Positions 24,889 to 35,212 of a stretch of 64,000 nucleotides of DNA are shown here, piece by piece (position 1 is the stretch's first letter; every line of letters starts with the position of its first letter). The position numbers and the translations under genes are program-made. The notes under the pieces are model-generated. The model did no database searches, was not told the origin of the DNA, and was given only the letters and a program-made list of their open reading frames with translations. The DNA lies in IMG/VR virus record IMGVR_UViG_3300030103_000980; one strand, given 5' to 3'. This DNA comes from an uncultured virus (IMG/VR IMGVR_UViG_3300030103_000980) (taxonomy: Duplodnaviria; Heunggongvirae; Uroviricota; Caudoviricetes).

Positions 24889-26421
24889 ATGAACCAAGCT
24901 GAACGGTTCATGGCGGCGTTTGAAGGCTTCAGTGCCGCGCATGGACAGACACAAATATCAGATGAAAGACGCGCTGGAAAACAAAAGGCAAAGTCAATCA
25001 TCGTTCGGAAGCCACTAACCTTGGAACTTATTGTCGCACACCTTGAGGGTAAGCACGGCGTAGGTTCTATACCCATCAACGAAAACAGCCAATGTAAGTT
25101 CGGTGCGCTGGACATTGATCAGTATCCGCTGGACCTTGTCGCACTTGACAAGAAGCTGCGTGACAACGATATTCCATGTGTGGTCTGCCGCTCAAAGTCA
25201 GGTGGTGCCCACATCTTTTTCTTCTTTACAGAATTTTTTAGTGCAGGTGTTTTCCGTGACAAAGCCACAGAGATTGCTGCCTACCTTGGATACGGTGGCT
25301 GCGAAATATTCCCGAAGCAAGAAGAGATTCTTGTCGAGCGTGGCGATGTTGGAAACTTCATTAACCTTCCGTACTTTGATGCGGAACAGACAATGCGTTA
25401 CGCTGTCAAAGAAGACGGAGACGAAGCGGACCTTACCGAATTTCTGGATATAGTAGAAGCCAGAAGAACCAACCCCAAAGATTTTGAAAAGCTACAGCTT
25501 GGTGAACCTGTCAATGAGTTTGAACAGTGGGCACCGTGCTTGTCACATATGTTTAGTCAGGGCATACCAGAGGGTACGCGCAACACAGTCATGTTTGCCG
25601 CCGCTGTTGGTGCCAAGAAAGAACAACCTGAAAAATGGAGAGAACGTCTTGAAGAAATTAATGTCAAATACTGTACGCCCCCTTTACCAGCTTCTGAAAT
25701 CGTCACTATTCAGTCTCAACACGAGAAGAAGGAATATGGTTTCCCCTGTGATCAAGAACCACTCAAGTCGTTCTGCAACAAGAGTCTCTGCAAAACGAAG
25801 ACATGTGGGATAGGTAGTCACGTCCAGCATGTAGAGATTACTGGTCTGTGTGTGGTCAAGTCCGAGCCGCCAGTCTGGTTCTGTGACGTGGGTGGTCGTC
25901 GTGTCGAACTGACAACCGATGATCTGCAAACACCACAGCGTTTTCAGAAAGCTTGCATGGAACAGATTCATGTCATGCCACCGATGATGAAGGTAGCTGA
26001 CTGGCAAGAGGTTGTGTCCATGTTGATGGATGGCATGAGTGAAATAGATGTGCCGGAAGAACTTACCTATAAAGGCCAGTTCATGGACCTGCTAGAGGCG
26101 TTCTGTGATGGTCGGGTACAAGCCCAGTCTGCCGAAGAGATTGCACTTGGCAAGCCCTTCACGGACGAAGAAGAGGGGGTTACATACTTTAAGCTAGAGG
26201 CACTGCTTAAATATCTACGCAATCAGAAGTTCGACAGTTACAGTCGTGGTCAGATTCAGGAACGGTTGAAAGAGTTAAACGATAACGGCACAGCGAATGG
26301 CAAGAAATATTTTGACACGACCAAAGGCCAGCAAAAACAACTGCGCGTTTGGTGGGTGCCAGCTTTCAATGCCGAGGTCCAAGTGCCAAGCATTCAGCTT
26401 GACAGTGAGGTGCCGTTCTAA
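24889..26421 (+). CDS. DNA primase (AEP/primase-polymerase type with PriCT-like domain)
   Basis: ALDID, RSKSGGAH, EIFPKQ, GNFINLPY, EGTRN. Confidence 0.88.
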   Translation: MNQAERFMAAFEGFSAAHGQTQISDERRAGKQKAKSIIVRKPLTLELIVAHLEGKHGVGSIPINENSQCKFGALDIDQYPLDLVALDKKLRDNDIPCVVCRSKSGGAHIFFFFTEFFSAGVFRDKATEIAAYLGYGGCEIFPKQEEILVERGDVGNFINLPYFDAEQTMRYAVKEDGDEADLTEFLDIVEARRTNPKDFEKLQLGEPVNEFEQWAPCLSHMFSQGIPEGTRNTVMFAAAVGAKKEQPEKWRERLEEINVKYCTPPLPASEIVTIQSQHEKKEYGFPCDQEPLKSFCNKSLCKTKTCGIGSHVQHVEITGLCVVKSEPPVWFCDVGGRRVELTTDDLQTPQRFQKACMEQIHVMPPMMKVADWQEVVSMLMDGMSEIDVPEELTYKGQFMDLLEAFCDGRVQAQSAEEIALGKPFTDEEEGVTYFKLEALLKYLRNQKFDSYSRGQIQERLKELNDNGTANGKKYFDTTKGQQKQLRVWWVPAFNAEVQVPSIQLDSEVPF

Positions 26422-27935
26422 TGCAGACCACAATCTTTGGGCCACCAGGCACAGGCAAAACAACCAAGCTTATATCTATCGTCAAGCAGGAACTTGAAGA
26501 TGGTACAAGGCCGGAGGATATAGCGTTCGTGTCCTTCAGCCGTAAGGCAGCGGACGAAGCGCGGACTCGTGCTTCCGCTGCGCTGAGTATGAACCCTGAT
26601 CAAATGGTTTGGTTTCGTACTCTGCATTCGATGGCTTTTCAGTACATGGGTATCACTACCCGACAGGTACTGAAAGGAACTGACTTCACGCAACTTGGTC
26701 AGATACTGGGGGTAGAGTTTTCATCCAACGCCTCTATCCGTATGGAAGATGGGCAACTCTTCTCACCGGGCAAGGGTGGAGATGCTTATCTATCCATGAT
26801 CCAGTTGGCTAGGGTGCGTGGAGTCAGCCTCGAACAGCAGTTCAGTGACACCAACAACAGGCATTTACACTACCAGCAATTAAAAGTGGTGGACGAAGTG
26901 CTGCGTGATTATAAGCGTGACACAGGTAAGTTGGACTTTGTGGACATGATTGACCGCTTCATAGAACAGGGCGAAGGTCCGAGGTTGGAGGTCCTGATAG
27001 TCGATGAGGCGCAAGACTTGGCCCCGTTACAGTGGCGCATGGTTCATGAGGTGTTGAAGCCACGGGCAAAACGTATCTATTTCGCAGGCGATGATGACCA
27101 ATGCATCTACTCTTGGATGGGTGTAAACGTGCGTGACTTCTTGAATGCATCAGACAATAAGATGGTGTTAGATAAATCATATCGTCTTCCACGAAACATA
27201 TATAACGTAGCGGATTCTCTGGTAAATAGAGTGGTTGTACGACAGCCAAAAGTGTGGTCACCTGTAAGTGAGGCTGGGCAAGTTGTCTGGCATCACGACA
27301 TCATGGACCTCAACTTTAACAGCGGCGAGTGGCTGATCCTTGCTCGAACAAATTACATCGCTAATAAGATTGCTACAGACCTCAAGGAACAGGGATATCT
27401 GTTCTGGCGTGAAGGTTCTGGTTGGTCCATCTCACCCAATGTACTAACTGGAATAGAGGTATGGCTTAAATTATGCAAAGGTTTGACCGTCACAGCGACA
27501 GAACTAAAGACATTATCTACATTATTAAAATCGGATATCGTGACCAAATCTGGAAGGAAGAACTTAGCCACCCTCGACAACGAAATGCCCTACGCTCTCG
27601 ACGACGTAAAAGGGAACTTCACTACGAACGACTTGAAAGAGAAGCCTTGGCACGAAGTATTGAAAGTGGCGGAGCGGGAGAGAATATACATTACTTCTGT
27701 TCGACGGATGGGGGAAAAGATCCTGACGGACAAGCCGAGGATCAAGATATCAACGATACACAAAGCAAAGGGTGGCGAGGCGGATAACGTCGCCCTTCTT
27801 TTAGATTCATCCAGAGCCTGCGCTGAAAGCGAAGATCAGGACGGCGAAGTTCGCACGTTCTATGTTGGTCTGACTCGTGCTAAGAAAGCACTACACATTA
27901 TTGAATCACAATCACAATATGGATTTGCATTATGA
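26421..27935 (+). CDS. UvrD/Rep-like SF1 helicase
   Basis: GPPGTGKT, TLHS, VDEAQD, AGDDDQ, STIHKAKGGE, YVGLTRAK. Confidence 0.95.
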   Translation: MQTTIFGPPGTGKTTKLISIVKQELEDGTRPEDIAFVSFSRKAADEARTRASAALSMNPDQMVWFRTLHSMAFQYMGITTRQVLKGTDFTQLGQILGVEFSSNASIRMEDGQLFSPGKGGDAYLSMIQLARVRGVSLEQQFSDTNNRHLHYQQLKVVDEVLRDYKRDTGKLDFVDMIDRFIEQGEGPRLEVLIVDEAQDLAPLQWRMVHEVLKPRAKRIYFAGDDDQCIYSWMGVNVRDFLNASDNKMVLDKSYRLPRNIYNVADSLVNRVVVRQPKVWSPVSEAGQVVWHHDIMDLNFNSGEWLILARTNYIANKIATDLKEQGYLFWREGSGWSISPNVLTGIEVWLKLCKGLTVTATELKTLSTLLKSDIVTKSGRKNLATLDNEMPYALDDVKGNFTTNDLKEKPWHEVLKVAERERIYITSVRRMGEKILTDKPRIKISTIHKAKGGEADNVALLLDSSRACAESEDQDGEVRTFYVGLTRAKKALHIIESQSQYGFAL

Positions 27936-28204
27936 AAGACAGAAAGTATTTCTTGGACACAGCCGAGACACTAATAAACGGTCCGAGGGCCAAGGAATAT
28001 GGTCCAGCTAAGATGAACCACGAGCGGATAGCAAAGATATGGGGTATCATACTAAAACGTGATATCAGTCCTGAAGAAGTAGTGGCTTGTATGGTGGGCC
28101 TGAAGCTAGCACGTCTAGCAGAAGACATTAGCAAGGACGATTCATGGGTAGACATCATAGGTTACGCTGCCTTGGGCGGGGAGATTATAAACGATGAGAG
28201 TTGA
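27932..28204 (+). CDS. DUF6378-like small protein
   Basis: R...YG...N..RIA..W...KLAR...DSWVDIIGYAALG. Confidence 0.8.
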   Translation: MKDRKYFLDTAETLINGPRAKEYGPAKMNHERIAKIWGIILKRDISPEEVVACMVGLKLARLAEDISKDDSWVDIIGYAALGGEIINDES

Positions 28205-30068
28205 TTTGTTTGACCCAGAAAGTGAAAGCTGGTTACCGCCGTCTAACTTTCCAGACCTGACGGGCTGTGACAGGATAGCTATTGACTTAGAAACAAAAGA
28301 CCCAAACCTGACCACACTAGGTCCAGGCTGGTGTCGTGACGACGGGTATGTCATAGGGTATGCCGTTGCCGCTGGAGATTTTGTTGGCTACTTTCCTGTC
28401 CGTCATGAGTCTGGCAACCTGCCGGAGAAGAAGGTTGTAAACTGGTTGAAGAAACAACTGGCTACACCGCACATAGAAAAGGTTATGCACAACTGTATGT
28501 ACGACCTTGGTTGGCTGCGTTGGGCAGGCATAGAAGTGGAGGGCAAAATCATTGACACGATGATAGCTGCTCCGCTTTTGAATGAGAACAGACGGTACTA
28601 CAATCTGAACTCTTTGTCTGGTGAATATCTGGGCGAATGGAAGAACGAAAAGATGTTGAGGTCTGCGGCAGATATGTATGGCGTAGATCCGAAGGCTGAG
28701 ATGTGGAAGCTGGACTCCACTTTTGTTGGACGGTATGCCGAACAAGATGCGGCTGTAACCTTACGTCTTTGGGACAGGCTACGCGGTGACCTTGTCAACG
28801 ATGAGTGCACTGGTATATTTGATCTTGAGTCAAGCTTGCTACCTGTGCTTTTAGACATGAAGACACGCGGCGTAAGGGTTGACATAGACAAAGCTGAACA
28901 AGTTCAAAAGGAACTGAAGCGCAGGGAAGATGCACTGTTACTTGAAATAAAGGATCTCACCCAAGTCAGTGTAGAACCGTGGGTCGCCACATCTATAGCA
29001 AAGGCGTTCGATGCCGTTGGGTTGACTTATGATAGGACAGAAAATACGAATGCGCCGTCCTTTACAAAACAATTTCTTGCGAATCATGAGCACCCACTGG
29101 CGCAGAAGATTGTACGCCTTCGTGAGTTTAACAAAGCAAACACTACCTTTATCGAAACTATTCTTGAGCATTCGCATAATGGTCGTATCCATTGTGATTT
29201 TAATCCTCTTCGTTCAGATGAAGGGGGCACAGTCACAGGACGATTTTCTTCGTCCAACCCGAACCTCCAACAAATCCCGGCAAGAGATCCAGAAATCAAA
29301 GCGATGATTCGCGGCCTGTTTATTCCTGAAGAGGGGTGCAAGTGGGGGTCGTTTGACTACGCCTCACAGGAACCGCGCTGGCTTGCCCACTATTGTTCTA
29401 CATTAAAAGGTGCAAATCGTCACCCACAAATTGACGACGTGGTTCAGATGTATCAAGACGGCGACGCTGACTTTCATCAGATGGTGGCGGACATTGCTGG
29501 CATCAGTCGTAAGCAGGCAAAGACTGTAAACCTTGGTATCATGTATGGCATGGGACGTGGCAAGCTGGCTGGTGTCATGGACATCACAGAAGAAGAGGCC
29601 AAAGAATTGTTGGGTCAGTACCACGACAAGGTGCCGTTTGTAAAAGGTATGGCTGACCTTGCTATGAAGCAAGCTGACAACAACGGTCACATAAGAACGT
29701 GGCTGGGACGCAAGTGTAGGTTTGACATGTGGGAACCTAAGTCATACGGTTATAATAAAGCACTGCCCTTAGAAAAGGCAGCGAAAGAATATGGTGGCAA
29801 AGCTGCCATTAAACGTGCCTTTACATACAAGGCACTGAACAGGTTGATCCAAGGATCAAGTGCCGACCAGACCAAGAAGGCGATGGTTGATTGCTATGCA
29901 GAGGGACTGCTTCCCATGCTAACGGTGCATGACGAACTTTGTTTCAACATCGAGAGTCAGGAACAAGCGGACCGGATAGTAGAAATCATGACAACCTGCG
30001 TTCCTAACTTGAACATACCCTTCGAGGTTGATGCTGCAATCGTAAACAACTGGGGGGAAGTGGAGTAG
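28194..30068 (+). CDS. polA: DNA polymerase family A with 3'-5' exonuclease
   Basis: IDLET, HNCMYD, YAEQD; TGRFSSSNPNLQQIP, DYASQEPR, KTVNLGIMYG, TVHDE. Confidence 0.97.
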   Translation: MRVDLFDPESESWLPPSNFPDLTGCDRIAIDLETKDPNLTTLGPGWCRDDGYVIGYAVAAGDFVGYFPVRHESGNLPEKKVVNWLKKQLATPHIEKVMHNCMYDLGWLRWAGIEVEGKIIDTMIAAPLLNENRRYYNLNSLSGEYLGEWKNEKMLRSAADMYGVDPKAEMWKLDSTFVGRYAEQDAAVTLRLWDRLRGDLVNDECTGIFDLESSLLPVLLDMKTRGVRVDIDKAEQVQKELKRREDALLLEIKDLTQVSVEPWVATSIAKAFDAVGLTYDRTENTNAPSFTKQFLANHEHPLAQKIVRLREFNKANTTFIETILEHSHNGRIHCDFNPLRSDEGGTVTGRFSSSNPNLQQIPARDPEIKAMIRGLFIPEEGCKWGSFDYASQEPRWLAHYCSTLKGANRHPQIDDVVQMYQDGDADFHQMVADIAGISRKQAKTVNLGIMYGMGRGKLAGVMDITEEEAKELLGQYHDKVPFVKGMADLAMKQADNNGHIRTWLGRKCRFDMWEPKSYGYNKALPLEKAAKEYGGKAAIKRAFTYKALNRLIQGSSADQTKKAMVDCYAEGLLPMLTVHDELCFNIESQEQADRIVEIMTTCVPNLNIPFEVDAAIVNNWGEVE

Positions 30069-30071
30069 AAA

Positions 30072-30281
30072 ATGTTTACAGCAATCTTAGTAGCCTGCCA
30101 TGCCTACACAAACGTAGGTTGTTTTATGCTTACTGATGACAGAGGTCCATACAAAACTATGGAACAGTGTGAAGAACGCATCGATGAGATGTTAGCCAAC
30201 ACGATAAAGGTGTGGCTTGATCACAAAGCACCGTTAGTTGTAACAGGATGGAACTGTAAAAGAGATGTATCAGAAACCTAA
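30072..30281 (+). CDS. Small Cys-containing protein with hydrophobic N-terminus
   Basis: GGAG RBS; MFTAILVAC...GPY...C. Confidence 0.7.
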   Translation: MFTAILVACHAYTNVGCFMLTDDRGPYKTMEQCEERIDEMLANTIKVWLDHKAPLVVTGWNCKRDVSET

Positions 30282-30447
30282 GTGCTGGTCATGTGGACAT
30301 GACCTAATATGGGGCGGTGATCATGACAGTGAAGATGCAGATGGCAGAGAATACATTGAATCAAACCTGTCCTGCCCTAACTGTGATGCGTTTTATCTGT
30401 ACTTTCAGCCCCTAGATTGCGATTCTGAGCGACCTGAAGGTAGTTAG
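30265..30447 (+). CDS. Small zinc-ribbon protein
   Basis: CWSC...LIWGGDHD...CPNC. Confidence 0.65.
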   Translation: MYQKPKCWSCGHDLIWGGDHDSEDADGREYIESNLSCPNCDAFYLYFQPLDCDSERPEGS

Positions 30448-30487
30448 ACACGACCATCGTTGCTGAAGGCCCTGAGAATCGATGTTT

Positions 30488-30667
30488 TTATTCAGTAAAA
30501 ACAACAGCTTGAGTTTGAGTATCTAATTCACATGCTACCTCTCCTTGGCAGCAATCATCGATTATTTGACCACATGTAACACATTGTTCGTGTCCATGTA
30601 CATAAACTGTCTTCAGATTACCCTGACATCGTGGGCAGCGGGGTGAGCAGTGTTCCTTATTCTCCAT
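30488..30667 (-). CDS. Small Cys-rich protein (59 aa)
   Basis: Hand-translated CPRC...VHGHEQCVTC...DCCQG; start overlaps lysozyme end. Confidence 0.65.
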   Translation of the reverse strand: MENKEHCSPRCPRCQGNLKTVYVHGHEQCVTCGQIIDDCCQGEVACELDTQTQAVVFTE

Positions 30668-31118
30668 CTGCCAGTGCCCTCATCCTTGCTACCAAACGAC
30701 GTGCGCGGTTCGGCACCTGCGTATACCACTTCGAGTCAACCATCTGGTCGGCTGCTTCATTGAAGTTCCGTGCGTCTACCCCTGCCTTCATTCCGACAAA
30801 CTTTGACAGACGAGGATACCCCAGATTGAACATCATGTTTGCAATGATAAGCTGACATTCTTCTGGCAGGTCATTCCAGTCTGGGTACAGACGGTGACAG
30901 TCCTCAAGTGTAACAGCGATGTCTAACTTGAACACGTTGTCCACACGTTCTTGTTCGATGACTGTACCAACGGGCTTGCCATATTCAGGGTCATCGTTAC
31001 GAATCAGGTGACCAATTCCGAAAGTTGGCAAATTTAGGTGGTCCAAATATATTTCGTACTTGCAGCCTTCGTCAGAGGCAAGCTCCTGACGTAGCTGGTC
31101 TATGGTTGTAGATTTCAT
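30657..31118 (-). CDS. Endolysin, T4-type lysozyme (GH24)
   Basis: DEG...YLD...PTFGIGH with E-x8-D-x5-T triad; FNLG; SKWYTQVPNRA. Confidence 0.93.
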   Translation of the reverse strand: MKSTTIDQLRQELASDEGCKYEIYLDHLNLPTFGIGHLIRNDDPEYGKPVGTVIEQERVDNVFKLDIAVTLEDCHRLYPDWNDLPEECQLIIANMMFNLGYPRLSKFVGMKAGVDARNFNEAADQMVDSKWYTQVPNRARRLVARMRALADGE

Positions 31119-34100
31119 CCTAACATCCTTTGTTGAATTTGTAGATTTTTCAATATGTCTTCAGGTCCACTGCCTAGCAACGAAGGATCAAGGTTCGCGG
31201 TTCGAGGTGCGGGGACCGCCATTTGGGCAGGTGCGGCCCCCGCTTGCGCTGCCGCTGGAGGAGGGACGGCTGCTGCAACTGACTGTTCTTGAATCTGTGG
31301 CTCATCGACCAAAGACACGGGTATTTCTTTTGACCGTTCGCGTTCTTCGCGTCTTCTTAGTATAGAAAATTTCTTTTCTTTTCTTGATTGTCTTTGTATT
31401 GCGTACAGTTCTTTGGTTGGTATTTTACCACCAAATTCTTTTTGTCTTACGATTGCTTTTTTTAATTCGTCTTTGTCAATCGCCTGTGGCTCAAAGATAC
31501 CAGCGTAAAGTTTCTTGTAGTTGGGTACGCCGTGTTCTTTCAAAGCCTGATATATTTCACCCTTTGACATACCAAGGGCCTTCATATCCTGAACTATCAT
31601 GTACATTTGATTCTGTGCCAAAAACTTTCTTTCATTTGACAGGCGATATGCCTCCAATAGATTTTCTGGCTCAAGTTTATTCTGTACTCTAAGTGCCCTG
31701 TTGTATGGTGATGATGCAGCCCGAATTGCTTTTTTATATTCGTAAGATGTGTACTTCATTATTTTGTTTGCCTCAACAGGTTGTTCTGTTACGCCTGTAA
31801 ACAAACGTGCAATTTCATCTTCAGTTTCGCGAATATTACCACGAGCGTCACGCCCGTCTGGGGAAAGCATGGCTTCTAATAATCTGCTTTTTCTAACACC
31901 TAGTTCTCCACCTAGTTCCGGCAGCGGAGCTACTGTACCAACAAGCTGTTCTACAAAGCCGGGGTTGAACGCACTAGCTATATGGACAAAAGATTTAGCT
32001 GCTATATCGCCCCTGCTTTCACCGGGAAAATCACCGCTTGGACCCCTGTATATAACTCTTTTATCTTGTGTTACACCGCCCCTAGAGGTTACATCAAGTA
32101 TTCTTTCTGTGATAATAGATTCATCAAAAAACGGTGCAAACATTTCTTTGTACACTTGTGCAGAGGCATCGCTAATTATTCTGCCCCCGTCTTTTCCTTC
32201 TAGCTGACCGTTGTTATAAGCTCTGAGAATTCCATTTCCAACTTTAGCCCAGTAACTGTAAGGATTGATAAAATCATAATCTATGTAGCCTCTTGGCACG
32301 TTAACTTTTTTGCCATCAACCTTTTTTTCTTCGACTGATGTTATGACTAGATTATTGTTTTGACTCCACTCTGGCTGTGTTCTTGTTAATGCATCGTAAG
32401 CATCTTTAGCCACACCCGCACCGAGTCTAGCAAGTTCTGCTGTAGCAGGCCCAGCGACTGCTGCGGTTGTGGTAAATCCAACCAGTCGTCTAAGACCTAT
32501 CTGCCTAATTGCAGGATTAGGAGATTGAAGTTCTTTGATAGCATACTCAAGTGTGTTAGCACTTGTGCGAATAATCTCAGCAGGGAAAGCTATGAAGTCA
32601 CCAAGTGGTGCTTTACGAAGAAGACGAACTGCTTCAGGCACACGTTCATAGTTTGGCACCACATTCTTAACAATGTCTGCTGCGTATTCTTTGGCGTTTT
32701 TAAACTCAAGACTACGGGCGTATTCGTCGGCTGCTGCTCTGCTTCCAAGCGCACTGTCTAACTTACCAAGCTCAAACTCATAATTGTAAATCTTCCATAC
32801 GTCGTCCCCGCCTTGATATGTCTGACGCATAAAGTTTGAAAAATTACCAAGTGACTTCGCCCCAGGAAGTTTAGATAATTTTTGTTTTGTTCTTGTCACC
32901 ACACCAGCTTCACCAGGTCGTCTTTTAACAGCAACACCAAAAGAGTCTAGGTCTGTTTTTGCAACAGATCCTAAACCTTCTTCAAGAAGTGTTTCTATTT
33001 CTCTTATTTGTGCCTGTGTTCCAACAACACCAAGTTCTTGGTATTCACGAAACTTAGCTGCGATTGCGTCATCTCCACTTCTTCTAATGTCATTCCACAC
33101 AGTTTTGAAGGATTCCATCACAGACATGTTACCCCTGCCAACATTACCTTGAGCAGCAGCAAAAAGAGCAGCGGAAATAACATTGCGTATTTGTGTGATG
33201 GGGCTGAGAACAGTTTTGTTGTATTGAACAGCACCTTTTCCATATAAATACGCACCATATGTATACTTCATAGCAGGATGATCTTGAGCAAGTGTTAGTC
33301 TTGTAAGACCTCCTGTTCCGTGCAGGTCTTTTCTTGCATAAGTTCCTTGTAGCGCGCCATATGATAAATCACGGCCTTGCATCTTAGATATGTCAGCAGC
33401 GTCCGCGTCATCAGGAAGCGCACGAGGAGTGTCGCCAAGCTGAACATATTCTTTTTGAAGAATGTCTTTTGGTAGCAGAGCGGCTGCTTCTTCTGACAAA
33501 AGAAGGTCGCGTCTTGATGCTGCCCCCGCAGCGTCATCCACATCAACAAAGTTTTTAGCTAAGTAATCATAGTAATCATTTGTAGCTTTAAACTCAGCTA
33601 AATCAGCTATGGTTGACACATATGTGTCAAGCGGGTCTTTTACTTCTCCAAGAATAGACCGAAGAACAGGTTCTTGAAGCTGTTGTCTTGTCAGTAAAGA
33701 TGTTCGCAACTTGTTTCGCGCTGCGCGCCAACGTGACCCATCACCAACACCCGTTGCAAAAAGTCCTGTGCTGTCATACCTACGAACAAAAGCATCAACA
33801 GCGTCTTCCGCAAATCGTCTGTCTGTTCTTGTAGTGATGCCCTGACCAACGGTAAAGTTTTCGGGAGCGGGTCCAATTGTTTTTGTGTACAGTTCTTCAG
33901 CAGCAGATGGATTGTCCACATAAAACTGAACGGCTTCGTCTTTAGCTTGTCTAAACTCAGGTGTGTTTATCCAGTTAGCATCTTCAAAAATCTGATACTT
34001 GCGTCGCATGTACTCGCCAAGATTGGCAGTCACAATGTTTTCAATATCTGGTAAAGCACCGGAGTTAACGAAGTCAGAACGGGCAATCCTTCGTGTTAGA

Positions 34101-35203
34101 AGGTCAATCTGTCCCCGCATGTTAATAGCATTTGTTTGGATGCTTTCTGGTAAAAACTTTGCCAAGTCTTCTGGGCTGTCAAAGTTCAAACCTGTTAAGC
34201 CGCGCCTGCCTGCGTCAAGCCGCGCCTGTTCCACAAAGCTGGGGTCTTTTGTAAGATAGCCATACAGACTGTTAATGAATTTTACTTTGTCAGTTTCTTC
34301 ACCAGCAACAAAGATAGTTTCGTTTTCCTTAAATATCTTGTCTATTTCTTTTTCTAAACTTGTAGCAACCCGCCCAGCAAAGTTTGTTTCAGCTTCTATT
34401 TTGCCCCTAATGCCGCTTTGCTCTTCAAAGGCGTTTTGTGGCAGCGACCCGCGTGAACGAAAGTACGACAGTATGTTGTCCACCATTGGTTTTTCTACAA
34501 ATTTAGCGGTGAGAGGAGACATGCCCTTTTTTACACCATAGTATGTGGCACCCAAGGCAGCGGCGGTTGTTGTAAGAGCAGTGGGTATCGCTACAGTAGC
34601 CGCAGCAGCTTCTGTAGCTATTTTAAGTTTGTTTGATATTTGACGACCTGTTTCTTCTGCTCCTGTCTGCCCGACGTTTTTAGATGAAACGGTCGGCCCC
34701 ACCCCAAAAAAATCACCAAGTGTTGTTTGCCCGTCGGTATAAACAATGCCGTCGGCAACACCTGCCCCTGCAACTTGGGCCGAACGTGTTAGTGCAGTTC
34801 CTAGTTTTCTAGCTTTACTTATTTTGCCGATAAGCCCTGCAACACCAAGACCAGGAGTAAGGTATTGAACCAATGTTTCGGTTACAGTTCCGACACCACC
34901 AGCAGGATCTATGCCCTGCTCCGCCTTGAATTTATTGGTTGCGTCTTCAATGGCCCCGGCATAGTTAGTACCGTTGGCAAGATCATATGCAAGCGCACCT
35001 GTCTGTGCCACACCTGACCCCATTTCAATAAAGCCGCCAAGTATGCCTTCACCAAACTCTTTGTACCAAGGTTCAAGTTCCGGGTTTTCTATGTTTGCTT
35101 GTTTGGAAAGATGAGCAAGTATCTTTTCCTTGGCAAGTTCAGGACCAGTCCCTTCGGGGAGAAAGTAAGTTTCCCCCTTATATATGTATTTTTCTCTTGC
35201 CAT
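31115..35203 (-). CDS. Large internal virion/ejection protein
   Basis: 1362 aa at the end of the tail operon, typical position for the largest podoviral core protein. Confidence 0.7.
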   Translation of the reverse strand: MAREKYIYKGETYFLPEGTGPELAKEKILAHLSKQANIENPELEPWYKEFGEGILGGFIEMGSGVAQTGALAYDLANGTNYAGAIEDATNKFKAEQGIDPAGGVGTVTETLVQYLTPGLGVAGLIGKISKARKLGTALTRSAQVAGAGVADGIVYTDGQTTLGDFFGVGPTVSSKNVGQTGAEETGRQISNKLKIATEAAAATVAIPTALTTTAAALGATYYGVKKGMSPLTAKFVEKPMVDNILSYFRSRGSLPQNAFEEQSGIRGKIEAETNFAGRVATSLEKEIDKIFKENETIFVAGEETDKVKFINSLYGYLTKDPSFVEQARLDAGRRGLTGLNFDSPEDLAKFLPESIQTNAINMRGQIDLLTRRIARSDFVNSGALPDIENIVTANLGEYMRRKYQIFEDANWINTPEFRQAKDEAVQFYVDNPSAAEELYTKTIGPAPENFTVGQGITTRTDRRFAEDAVDAFVRRYDSTGLFATGVGDGSRWRAARNKLRTSLLTRQQLQEPVLRSILGEVKDPLDTYVSTIADLAEFKATNDYYDYLAKNFVDVDDAAGAASRRDLLLSEEAAALLPKDILQKEYVQLGDTPRALPDDADAADISKMQGRDLSYGALQGTYARKDLHGTGGLTRLTLAQDHPAMKYTYGAYLYGKGAVQYNKTVLSPITQIRNVISAALFAAAQGNVGRGNMSVMESFKTVWNDIRRSGDDAIAAKFREYQELGVVGTQAQIREIETLLEEGLGSVAKTDLDSFGVAVKRRPGEAGVVTRTKQKLSKLPGAKSLGNFSNFMRQTYQGGDDVWKIYNYEFELGKLDSALGSRAAADEYARSLEFKNAKEYAADIVKNVVPNYERVPEAVRLLRKAPLGDFIAFPAEIIRTSANTLEYAIKELQSPNPAIRQIGLRRLVGFTTTAAVAGPATAELARLGAGVAKDAYDALTRTQPEWSQNNNLVITSVEEKKVDGKKVNVPRGYIDYDFINPYSYWAKVGNGILRAYNNGQLEGKDGGRIISDASAQVYKEMFAPFFDESIITERILDVTSRGGVTQDKRVIYRGPSGDFPGESRGDIAAKSFVHIASAFNPGFVEQLVGTVAPLPELGGELGVRKSRLLEAMLSPDGRDARGNIRETEDEIARLFTGVTEQPVEANKIMKYTSYEYKKAIRAASSPYNRALRVQNKLEPENLLEAYRLSNERKFLAQNQMYMIVQDMKALGMSKGEIYQALKEHGVPNYKKLYAGIFEPQAIDKDELKKAIVRQKEFGGKIPTKELYAIQRQSRKEKKFSILRRREERERSKEIPVSLVDEPQIQEQSVAAAVPPPAAAQAGAAPAQMAVPAPRTANLDPSLLGSGPEDILKNLQIQQRMLG

Positions 35204-35212
35204 GACCTGCCT

